Positions 27,970 through 36,616 of a DNA stretch of 64,000 bases are shown here, in pieces. The stretch covers positions 7,554 through 71,553 of the forward strand of contig JBBSFG010000001.1 in assembly GCA_038238965.1 (NCBI GenBank). Reading direction: 5' to 3'. The notes beneath the pieces are model-generated. The model saw only the letters and a list, made by a program, of their open reading frames with translations. It was not told the origin of the DNA and did not search any database. The translations under genes and the position numbers were made by a program. Within the stretch, counting starts at the first letter, position 1; each line of letters starts with the position of its first letter. This DNA is from Candidatus Acidiferrales bacterium. Its GTDB lineage: Bacteria > Acidobacteriota > Terriglobia > Acidiferrales > UBA7541.

Positions 27970-28257
27970 ATGGCCACGATGACACAATTCGTTCCTGCCG
28001 TGGTGCTGCAGGATTTTGACCTGCCGCAGCGGGAAGCTGCGTTTTTCTACGGCTTATTCCTGCGTGGGCATTCAGCGGAACAATTGAGACGGGACATCGA
28101 AGTGCCGCAGGCAGTGCTGCTGAAGTGGCATCACGAGGCGGAGCGCGAGCCGGAGTTGCGGGACATCTTCACGCGCATGGTGGAATACCGGCGGCACGTG
28201 CTAGCTATTTTCGATAACCTGGTCGGCTCCGACCTGCAGAACCGGCGACTGCAGTAA
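27970..28257 (+). CDS. hypothetical small protein (95 aa)
   Basis: In-frame ATG inside track ORF 27931..28257. That ORF's TTG start coincides with the putative -35 box. I recognise no family and it has no signal peptide. Confidence 0.45.
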   Translation: MATMTQFVPAVVLQDFDLPQREAAFFYGLFLRGHSAEQLRRDIEVPQAVLLKWHHEAEREPELRDIFTRMVEYRRHVLAIFDNLVGSDLQNRRLQ

Positions 28258-28503
28258 GCAAACGTCGATCGATAAAATTGGCACCCCAGAAGTCATAGCG
28301 AAGCCCTGTACTCATTCGGTACCAAATCCTCTCGGTAAACCTGCCCGATCGTACAGGTGCGATAAATAACAGGCAACTAATTTTTAGGGGCACGATTCTA
28401 AGCAAAAAGGGGACAAGTGTCACAAAATGAAGGGGATTACTCAATTGACGCCAGCGTTCGGCGGAGTTAGAATCCTCGCTTACCAGATTTGAGGTGTACT
28501 TCC

Positions 28504-30219
28504 ATGCCCAGGGTAGCACGCGCCCTTTTAACGTCTGTTTCAATTCTCGCCCTCGCTGTGCCGGTGGTCCGCGCCCAGCAAGAGTCTCAAGGCCAGCGAC
28601 AGGGCCAGGCACCAGACCCCACCGCGGCGCAGAAGCTTGATAAAGTCCAAAAGAAGAAAATCAAGAAGTCTCTTAAAGAACTGGATACCCCTTACAAGCA
28701 GTGGCTGAACGAAGACGTTACCTACATCATTTCGCCGGAAGAGCGCAACGCTTTTGGGCAACTGGCCACCAACGAAGAGCGGGAGCAGTTCATCGAGCAG
28801 TTCTGGCTGCGACGCAGCAGCAACCCGGATTTGCCGGACAACGAATTCAAGGAAGAACATTATCGCCGGATCGCGTATGCCAACGAGCATTACGCGTCGG
28901 GTATACCCGGATGGAAGACGGACCGCGGCCGCATGTACATCGTGTGGGGTCCGCCGGACGAGATTGAGAGTCATCCGACGGGTGGAACGTATGACCGGCC
29001 GATGGATGAAGGCGGCGGCTCGACGTCCACATATCCGTGGGAAACGTGGCGGTGGCGGTACATCGAGGGCATGGGCGAAAACGTGATCATGGAGTTCGTG
29101 GATCCGAGCGGATCGGGCGAATACCATTTGACGATGGATCCTTCGGAGAAAGATGCGTTGTTGAATGTGCCCGGCGCGGGCTTGAGCCAATTGGAGTCGA
29201 TGGGACTGGCGTCGAAGACGGACCGCTTCACAAGGTCGGACGGTACGCACATGCCCACAACGCTGGGTGGTCAACCAGCCAGTATGAACGAGTTTACGCG
29301 ACTGGAAGCGTATGCCAACGCATTCAGGCCACCGGCGGTGAAGTACAAGGATCTGGAAGCGCTGGTGACCTCGCGGATCGTGCGTGACCAGGTGCACTTC
29401 ACGTGGCGGACGGATTTTCTGAAAGTGACGAACGATACGGTGCTGGTGCCGGTAACCGTACAAGTTCCAAACAGCCAACTGTCATTCCAGTCGAAAGAAG
29501 GAGTGCACTCGGCGACGCTCAACGTGTTCGGGCGGGTGAGTACGCTGACAGGCCGGGTGGTACAGACATTTGAGGATTCGGTGAGCAGAGATTTTCCGGA
29601 CTCGCTATTCCAGCAATCAATAAAATTACATTCCATCTACCAAAAGGCAGTGCCGCTGCGGCCGGGACTTTACCGGCTGGACCTGGTGATCAAAGATGTG
29701 CAGAGCGGAAACGTGGGAGTAATCAATTCGCGGCTGCAGGTGCCGCGATATGATGACGATAAGCTGGAATCCAGCTCGTTAATTCTTGCGGACCAAATCG
29801 AGCATGTACCAGCGAAGCAAATCGGCGCGGGACAATTCGTGCTGGGCTCGTCGAAAGTACGGCCGCGACTGGAAGGCGACTTCACCACGGCCGACAAGCT
29901 GGGAATTTATATGCAGGTATATAACCTGAAACCGGACGACAAGACGCATAAGTCGAGTGCCACGTTTCAATACACAGTGAAAAAGGGCGCGGAGCAGGTG
30001 ATGCAGTTCAATGAAACGTCGGCGGAAATGAAACAAACGGGCGATCAGATAACGATTGAGCGCTTGCTGCCGCTGCAGACTTTGGCACCCGGGAAGTACA
30101 CTCTGGAAATAAATGCAACTGACAAGCTTTCGAACCAGAGCATTTCGCGGACGGCGGATTTCACGGTGAAGACTCCGACAGAAACAAAGAGCGCGGCGAA
30201 TGTCGCGCCTGGGAGGTAG
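28504..30219 (+). CDS. secreted GWxTD-domain protein
   Basis: Signal peptide MPRVARALLTSVSILALAVPVVRAQQ, then ...FWLRRSSNPDLPDNEFKEEHYRRIAYANEHYASGIPGWKTDRGRMYIVWGPPDEIESHP..., the GWxTD signature region. The C-terminal half is beta-rich. Confidence 0.85.
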   Translation: MPRVARALLTSVSILALAVPVVRAQQESQGQRQGQAPDPTAAQKLDKVQKKKIKKSLKELDTPYKQWLNEDVTYIISPEERNAFGQLATNEEREQFIEQFWLRRSSNPDLPDNEFKEEHYRRIAYANEHYASGIPGWKTDRGRMYIVWGPPDEIESHPTGGTYDRPMDEGGGSTSTYPWETWRWRYIEGMGENVIMEFVDPSGSGEYHLTMDPSEKDALLNVPGAGLSQLESMGLASKTDRFTRSDGTHMPTTLGGQPASMNEFTRLEAYANAFRPPAVKYKDLEALVTSRIVRDQVHFTWRTDFLKVTNDTVLVPVTVQVPNSQLSFQSKEGVHSATLNVFGRVSTLTGRVVQTFEDSVSRDFPDSLFQQSIKLHSIYQKAVPLRPGLYRLDLVIKDVQSGNVGVINSRLQVPRYDDDKLESSSLILADQIEHVPAKQIGAGQFVLGSSKVRPRLEGDFTTADKLGIYMQVYNLKPDDKTHKSSATFQYTVKKGAEQVMQFNETSAEMKQTGDQITIERLLPLQTLAPGKYTLEINATDKLSNQSISRTADFTVKTPTETKSAANVAPGR

Positions 30220-30225
30220 TACATA

Positions 30226-31989
30226 GTGAAGTATAGGGGTCTCCGGCAAACGGGGGCGTTGCTGCTCGCGGCGGTGGGCATGTTGTCGCAGATGGCTGGT
30301 TCTGCGGGAGCACAGACGAGGTCCGGAATGAAATCCGGACCAGGCAAGCTCGCAGGAGTGGTGCTGGATGCAACCGGCACGCCGCAGATGGGCGCGAGTG
30401 TGGAGTTGTTGGCTGAAACAGCGGCAGTTTCGGGAGCGCGCGAATTTTTAACCAACACGCAGGGTGCTTTTAGCGGGGAGAAACTTTCACCGGGCCTGTA
30501 TACCGTTCGGGTCACGTTGGCTGGATTTCTGCCCACGCTGGAAAAACATATTCGCATCGCTCCCAACGTTACGACGGTAGTTCGCGTGGAACTGGAGTCC
30601 ATGTTCGCGTCGTTGGATCAGTTGAGGCGTCAACCGGTCAACGTGGCAGTCGAAGGCGACGATTGGAAATGGGTATTGCGATCGGCGACGGCGACTCGCC
30701 CGGTGCTGGAATGGATGGGCGACGCGCAAATCGTATCGGTGGACGCGAGCATGGATCGCGGAAGACCGCGCGCACCACGAGCGAGACTCGAATTTACGGA
30801 TGGAGCGCGCCACCCTGGTTCGGGCTCTAACCTAGTGTCAGCGCCGGCAACGGCGTTTGCTTACGATCAAAAACTGGGGGGGACGAGCCGGCTGATTCTC
30901 GCCGGTCAGATGAGCTACGACCAGGAAGCGCCGGCTGGAAGTATTGCGACAGTGTGGTTGCCGACGGGTTCTTTAGGAGCTGGCCCGCACACCGCGCTGG
31001 TGTTGCGCGAAGCGAAACTTGGGTCAAATGGGCAAACGTTCCGTGGCGTGCGCATCGACCAGGGCGGAGCAATTACGCTGGGCGACCGTGCGATACTGAG
31101 CTACGGCGGTGAGTACGTTTTAGTTGGACTTGGAGCAGCGGCATCTTCGATTCGGCCGCGCGCGAAACTCGACGTACGCGTTTCGGACGATTGGAGCGCT
31201 ACGTTAGTCTTCACTTCCCTGCCGAACGGTCCCGGCCCGTTGGAAGCAGTGGAAGGCGAAGCGGGCAACAGCGGGCTAGCTGCGGCGCTCAACGAATTGG
31301 ATGGATTTCCGACATTGATGTGGCGCGGCGGTAAGCCTGTACTCCAAAAGGGCTGGCATGAGGAAGTAGCTGCGGAGCGGAAGCTGGGGACGCGCGGGAA
31401 ATTGCAGGTTGCGGGTTTCCATGATGACAACCGTCACGTGGCAGTTTTCGGGCGCGGAAACGATTTGCCGGCGAGCGATTATTTTCAGGACGTGTTTTCG
31501 AACGGGTTTGCTTATGACGGCGGGTCGTCGAGCAGTTGGGGAACGCGCGTGGCATTGCGCGAAAAACTCAATGACGATGTAGAGGTGACGGCCGTGTATG
31601 CGTTTTCGGGGGCGCTGGCGCCGGACGAGGACCTGAACGGTGTTTTGCGAGAAATATTGCGAACAGTTCCGCGCCACTCGCTAGGAGCAAGCGTTTCAGC
31701 GAAGCTTCCTCGGGCGAATACGAAATTGGAAGCCGGCTACAAATGGGTAAGCGGAGTTACAGTTTCGAGAGTGGATCAGTTCGGGGAGTCGATATTTCAA
31801 ATCGACCCGTACCTGCATGTAGGGCTAAGGCAGCCGCTGCCGAAATTCGGGCTGGGGCGCTGGGAAGCGATCGCCGACTGCGACAATTTGTTAGCCCAAG
31901 GTACGGTGGCGCTAAGTACGCGGGACGGACAAGCGAACCTGATTCCGGCTTTTCGAAGCTTCCGTGGGGGCTTGAGCGTACAGTTTTGA
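30226..31989 (+). CDS. CarboxypepD_reg-domain protein, probable outer-membrane beta-barrel
   Basis: The GTG start lies 6 nt after the GWxTD stop. After a signal peptide comes KLAGVVLDATGTPQMGASVELL...GAFSGEKLSPGLYTVRVTLAGF. The protein ends ...FRGGLSVQF, an OMP-type C-terminus. Confidence 0.7.
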   Translation: MKYRGLRQTGALLLAAVGMLSQMAGSAGAQTRSGMKSGPGKLAGVVLDATGTPQMGASVELLAETAAVSGAREFLTNTQGAFSGEKLSPGLYTVRVTLAGFLPTLEKHIRIAPNVTTVVRVELESMFASLDQLRRQPVNVAVEGDDWKWVLRSATATRPVLEWMGDAQIVSVDASMDRGRPRAPRARLEFTDGARHPGSGSNLVSAPATAFAYDQKLGGTSRLILAGQMSYDQEAPAGSIATVWLPTGSLGAGPHTALVLREAKLGSNGQTFRGVRIDQGGAITLGDRAILSYGGEYVLVGLGAAASSIRPRAKLDVRVSDDWSATLVFTSLPNGPGPLEAVEGEAGNSGLAAALNELDGFPTLMWRGGKPVLQKGWHEEVAAERKLGTRGKLQVAGFHDDNRHVAVFGRGNDLPASDYFQDVFSNGFAYDGGSSSSWGTRVALREKLNDDVEVTAVYAFSGALAPDEDLNGVLREILRTVPRHSLGASVSAKLPRANTKLEAGYKWVSGVTVSRVDQFGESIFQIDPYLHVGLRQPLPKFGLGRWEAIADCDNLLAQGTVALSTRDGQANLIPAFRSFRGGLSVQF

Positions 31990-32114
31990 CAATTGGGACT
32001 TTAGAAAGCCATATCTGGTCTTCCGAATAACGTATCCCGCCGGCCCGGCATCCTACCTGTTACGTAAAACTATAGATAAACAAAGGTTTAACGGCGCGAC
32101 GCGCAAGCGCCGGT

Positions 32115-32130
32115 TGGTCTCTGATTTGCA
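32115..32130 (+). promoter_or_regulatory. candidate sigma54 -24/-12 promoter (TGGtct-N5-TTTGCA)
   Basis: tTGGtctctgatTTGCA. GG at 32116-17 and GC at 32128-29 have the canonical 12-nt register. The site lies 44 nt upstream of the kinase ATG and abuts the hairpin CGGCGC-n9-GCGCCG at 32092-32112. Confidence 0.3.
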
Positions 32131-32172
32131 CCGGATTATCAACGGCAAGGTGTTTCTCCGTAGGGTCGGCTT

Positions 32173-34989
32173 ATGAAACAGAATCTGCGGGTAAGTCTCG
32201 GGGCGGTGGTACTGGCGCTAGCTACTCTGGCGGCGGTGATTTTCGCCTATATCAATTTCGAGCAACGCAGCAGATTCGAACTGGTGGACGACGGGGTAGC
32301 GTGGCTGGACACCGATCATGGCGTGGAAGCCTGGAAGATCAGCCCGGGATCATCGGGAGCGCTGGCGGGGATCCGACCGGGCGACCGTCTGGTAGCCATC
32401 GATGGGGCGCCGGTAGCGCGGGCCGTGCAGGTGACCATGCGGTTGACGCGCGCCGGGCTGTGGACGCAGGTGCGCTACAAGCTGGCACGCGAAGGACAGG
32501 AATTCGAAACCCCGCTGGTTACCGCGCCCGCAGAAAAACCGGCATCGATTGAAAATTACCTGCGTATCGTAGGACTGCTTTACCTGTTCATCGGACTATT
32601 CATTTTTGCGCGGCGGTGGAACGCGCCGAAGGCGGTGCATTTCTACGTATTCTGCCTGGTGTCGTTCATTCTGTATTCCTTCCATTACAGCGGGAAGTTA
32701 GATTCGTTCGACCAGGAAGTGTATTGGGCGAATATTGTGGCGCGGCTGCTGGCGCCGGCTTTGCTATTGCACTTTGCGCTGGTGTTCCCGGGCCGCACGG
32801 AGACTACGATACGTTCGTCATCGAAGCTGTTGACGGTTTACTTGCCGCCGCTGGCGCTGCTGCTGGTGCACATCAGTACGGCGCGGAACGCGCTGGGATT
32901 TGTGCCTTGGCTGGGTTCGCGCATTTTGTTGGACAAGATCGAGATGAGTTATCTGGGCGCGTGTTTTCTGGCGGCGGGACTGGGTTTCTACAGAAATTTC
33001 CGCGCCGCGCCCTCGGGGGTTTTGCGGCAGCAATTGAAGTGGCTCACGGGCGGAACGGTTGCGGGTAGTTTGCCGTTCACGCTGCTATACATCGTGCCGT
33101 TCGTGGCAGACGCCGGGCCGCGATCGTGGATGCAATTTTCCGCGGTCAGCCTGGTTTTGATTCCGCTGTGTTTCGGATACGCCATCATTCGCTACCGGTT
33201 GATGGACGTGGACATTATCTTCAAGCGCGGCCTGGCATATACGGCGGCGACGGCGGGCGTGGCGGCGGTGTACTTCGCGCTGGTGGCGCTGCTGGCACAA
33301 ATCTTCCACGCGCAGACAACCGGTCCGGTGGGGGGAATGATTGCCATCGTGATCGCGGCGTTTTTGTTTCAACCGTTCCGCGAATGGACGCAATCACGGC
33401 TGGACAGATTCTTCTATCGTGACCGGCTGGATTACCGACGGACGCTGATTGAATTCGGGCGCACGCTTACGAACGAAGTGCGGTTGGAGCCGATGCTGGG
33501 CTCGGTGATGGACCGCGTCTCGCAAACGCTATTGGTAGACCGGCTGGCCATTTTTCAGGAAGACCCGGCTCGCCCGGGACACATGCGGCTGGCGCGTTCG
33601 ATGGGCGTACGGCTTTCCGAACCACTGGATCTCGGTTTCCTCGAGCCGGCCCGGCCCGAGTTCGCCCGTGGGGCGCTCTTTTTTGAGTCGCCCCGCGCGG
33701 CGAGAGATGTCACCGACACCGTGCGACGAACGTTGGAACAATTGGATCTGAATTATTTCGTGCCTTGCCGGATTCGCGAGCACACCGTAGCGGTGTTGGG
33801 GCTGGGCAAAACGGTGGATGGAGATTTTCTTTCGAGCGACGACGTGGAGCTGGTGGAGACCATCGCTGGCTACGTGGCGATCGCGCTGGATAATTCACAA
33901 CTTTATACCTCGCTGGAACAGAAGGCCATTGAGATTGCGCGGCTGAAAGATTTCAGCGAAAACATAGTGGAGTCGCTCAACGTCGGGGTACTGGCGGTGG
34001 ATCTTGAAGGGCTGGTGGAGTCCTGGAACACGCGCATGGAGAGCCTGTTCGGGGTGGCGCGGCGGCAAGCGGTGGGTCGACCGCTGAATTCGTTGCTGCC
34101 GGAAGAGCTAGCGAGAGAGATCACGGCGCGCGGCGACGAAGAACTGATTACCGGAATTTACAAACAACGGCTGCAGCACCTGGGAAAGACTTTGACCTTG
34201 AATGTTTCGATTACGCCATTGGTGAGCAAGTCGGGCGAGCGCATAGGGCGATTGCTGTTGTTTGACGACGTAACCCAGCGTGAGCGCATGGAAGAGCAGA
34301 TGACGCAGACGGAAAAGCTGACGTCACTGGGCTTGCTGGCTGCAGGCGTGGCGCACGAAGTGAATACGCCACTGGCGGTGATTTCGAACTATATACAGAT
34401 GCTGGCGAAGCAGATGCCGGATGGGGATCCGAAACAGGCGATTATCGAGAAAATCGTGAAACAGACGTTTCGCGCCAGCGAGATTGTGAACAATTTGTTG
34501 AATTTTTCGCGTACCGGCGCGGCCGAAGTTGCGGATATCGATGTAAATCGCGTGGTGGAAGAGACCTTGTCTCTGGTGGCGCATCCGCTAAAGACATCAC
34601 AGATACAGGTAGTGCGGCAATTCGGAGAGATGTTGCCAGCGGTGCGGGGCTCGGCGAACAAACTGCAACAAGTATTTCTGAATCTTTTTCTAAATGCTCG
34701 CGACGCCATGCCCAGCGGCGGGATGCTGGAAGTGCGGACTGCGGCGCACAACGGCAGCGTAGAGGTGGAGATCGCGGACACCGGAGCGGGGATTGCGCGC
34801 GAACATATACACCGGATTTTTGATCCCTTTTTCACCACCAAGGCGAGCGGCCGAGGCACGGGGCTGGGCCTGTCGGTAAGTTACGGAATCATCAAAGAAC
34901 ATTCCGGGAAGATCGACGTGCGCTCGACGCCCGGCAAAGGCACTTCGTTCCATGTAGAGTTTCCCGCGGCGAGGGCGGTTCATGTCTAA
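32173..34989 (+). CDS. sensor histidine kinase: TM - PDZ-like domain - polytopic membrane region - GAF-like - PAS-like - HisKA - HATPase
   Basis: 938 aa. The PDZ-like segment is ISPGSSGALAGIRPGDRLVAIDGAPVARAV. About 8 hydrophobic helices span residues 125-400. Catalytic motifs: H-box GVAHEVNTPLAVISNY, N-box FLNLFLNARDAM, G-boxes DTGAGI and GTGLGLSVS. Confidence 0.9.
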   Translation: MKQNLRVSLGAVVLALATLAAVIFAYINFEQRSRFELVDDGVAWLDTDHGVEAWKISPGSSGALAGIRPGDRLVAIDGAPVARAVQVTMRLTRAGLWTQVRYKLAREGQEFETPLVTAPAEKPASIENYLRIVGLLYLFIGLFIFARRWNAPKAVHFYVFCLVSFILYSFHYSGKLDSFDQEVYWANIVARLLAPALLLHFALVFPGRTETTIRSSSKLLTVYLPPLALLLVHISTARNALGFVPWLGSRILLDKIEMSYLGACFLAAGLGFYRNFRAAPSGVLRQQLKWLTGGTVAGSLPFTLLYIVPFVADAGPRSWMQFSAVSLVLIPLCFGYAIIRYRLMDVDIIFKRGLAYTAATAGVAAVYFALVALLAQIFHAQTTGPVGGMIAIVIAAFLFQPFREWTQSRLDRFFYRDRLDYRRTLIEFGRTLTNEVRLEPMLGSVMDRVSQTLLVDRLAIFQEDPARPGHMRLARSMGVRLSEPLDLGFLEPARPEFARGALFFESPRAARDVTDTVRRTLEQLDLNYFVPCRIREHTVAVLGLGKTVDGDFLSSDDVELVETIAGYVAIALDNSQLYTSLEQKAIEIARLKDFSENIVESLNVGVLAVDLEGLVESWNTRMESLFGVARRQAVGRPLNSLLPEELAREITARGDEELITGIYKQRLQHLGKTLTLNVSITPLVSKSGERIGRLLLFDDVTQRERMEEQMTQTEKLTSLGLLAAGVAHEVNTPLAVISNYIQMLAKQMPDGDPKQAIIEKIVKQTFRASEIVNNLLNFSRTGAAEVADIDVNRVVEETLSLVAHPLKTSQIQVVRQFGEMLPAVRGSANKLQQVFLNLFLNARDAMPSGGMLEVRTAAHNGSVEVEIADTGAGIAREHIHRIFDPFFTTKASGRGTGLGLSVSYGIIKEHSGKIDVRSTPGKGTSFHVEFPAARAVHV

Positions 34990-36454
34990 GGGCTCAATTT
35001 TAGTAGTGGACGATGAATCGGAGATTCGCGAAGGGCTGGAACTGCTGCTTACGGGCGAAGGTTACGGGGTATCCAGCGCTGAGACGGGCGAATCTGGACT
35101 AGCCAAGCTGGGCGAACATCCGTTCGATTTGTTACTGCTCGACGTGAGCCTGCCAGACCGCAATGGCCTGGATTTGCTGAAGGAAATTCACAAACGCGAC
35201 CCACATCTTTCCATCGTGCTGATCACGGCATACGGGTCGATTGAAATGGCGCGCACCGCTTTCAAGAGCGGGGCGATGGATTACATCACCAAGCCATGGT
35301 CGAATGACGAATTGCTGGCGCAGGTAGCGCAAGCGGTGGAATCGCGGCAGTTACGCGAAGAAAACGTGCAACTGAAGCGCGCCCTGAAACAACGGTTCAA
35401 CTTCCCGAATATCATCGGTAAGAGCGACAAGATGCACACGCTGCTGGACCTGGTGACGCAGGTGGCGCCATCGCGATCGACAGTGCTGATCAGTGGAGAA
35501 AGCGGCACAGGCAAGGAATTGATCGCCAAGGCCATTCATTCGGGAAGCCCGCGAGCGGACAAGGCGTTTGTGCCGGTGAATACCGGATCGATTCCGGTGG
35601 ATTTGCTGGAATCGCAATTGTTTGGCCACGTGAAAGGCGCGTTCACCAGCGCGGTTTCTTCGAAAAAAGGTTTGTTTGAAGTGGCGGACCAGGGGACGAT
35701 TTTTTTCGACGAAATTGCCACCATCAGTCCGGAGACGCAAGCCAAGTTGTTGCGCGTGATTCAAGAGCGCGAATTCATGCGCCTGGGCGGGACGGAGCAA
35801 CTGAAGGTGGATGTGCGCATCGTGGCGGCATCCAATGTGGACCTGCTGACGCTGGTGCGCGAAGGGCGCTTTCGCGAAGATTTGTATCACCGGTTGAACG
35901 TGATTCATCTGCAACTGCCGCCGCTGCGGGAACGCCGCGAAGATGTACCGATGTTGCTGGCGCACTTCCTGGTGCGCTATTGCACGGAAAACGAAAAACC
36001 GTTGAGACAATTTACACCCGGCGCGATGAAGTTGATGATGGATTACGACTGGCCCGGCAACGTCCGGGAGCTGGAAAATGTAGTCGAACGCGCGGTGGTG
36101 CTGTCGACCCAGGAACGCGTGGACGCCGACCTGCTGCCGGAAAGCATCCGAAGCAAAGAGATTGTGCGCGGGGTGCGGTTGCAACTTTCGGAATTTCTAC
36201 CACCGCTGCCGGGCGAGCCGGGGTCGCGAGCGGGCGCGGACCATTCCCAGCCGTCGCTGTTTCAAATCATGGACGAAATCGAGCGCCGGATTATCATGGA
36301 TATGCTGGAACGCACGGCATGGAACCAGACAGAAGCGGCCGAACGATTCATGATCCCGCTATCGACGCTGAATCAAAAAATCAAGCGGCTGGGAATCGAC
36401 GTGCGGCGTCGCGGGCGTGGGGAAGAGACTTTTTCGGCGACTTTGGGCAAGTAA
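34982..36454 (+). CDS. sigma54-dependent response regulator (NtrC family: REC + AAA+ + Fis-type HTH)
   Basis: 490 aa and overlaps the kinase by 8 nt. Motifs: ILVVDDE...LLLLDVSLPDRNG, GESGTGKE, GAFTSA (a GAFTGA-loop variant), FFDEI, RFREDLYHRLNV, and the C-terminal HTH ...NQTEAAERFMIPLSTLNQKIKRL. Confidence 0.92.
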   Translation: MSKGSILVVDDESEIREGLELLLTGEGYGVSSAETGESGLAKLGEHPFDLLLLDVSLPDRNGLDLLKEIHKRDPHLSIVLITAYGSIEMARTAFKSGAMDYITKPWSNDELLAQVAQAVESRQLREENVQLKRALKQRFNFPNIIGKSDKMHTLLDLVTQVAPSRSTVLISGESGTGKELIAKAIHSGSPRADKAFVPVNTGSIPVDLLESQLFGHVKGAFTSAVSSKKGLFEVADQGTIFFDEIATISPETQAKLLRVIQEREFMRLGGTEQLKVDVRIVAASNVDLLTLVREGRFREDLYHRLNVIHLQLPPLRERREDVPMLLAHFLVRYCTENEKPLRQFTPGAMKLMMDYDWPGNVRELENVVERAVVLSTQERVDADLLPESIRSKEIVRGVRLQLSEFLPPLPGEPGSRAGADHSQPSLFQIMDEIERRIIMDMLERTAWNQTEAAERFMIPLSTLNQKIKRLGIDVRRRGRGEETFSATLGK

Positions 36455-36616
36455 GATAGATTCGATTGCATGGCCTCCGATTTTATTCCTACGTGGCAGC
36501 TACTTCAGGGCGCCCCCAAAAACATGAGCAATGCTGCGCAGACCAGTCCGCGAAGCGGTTTGCCGTAAGTAATTGACACTTGCAAGTTGTAAACGGGGTA
36601 GGCAGAGTACCAGCGA

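Noticed and set aside
28279-28404. Two sigma54-like motifs upstream of the GWxTD gene: TGGCACcccagAAGTC at 28279-28293 and GGCACGattctAAGCA at 28389-28404.
   Set aside because: The first has GT instead of the invariant GC at -12. The second has the GG-to-GC spacing off by one nucleotide.
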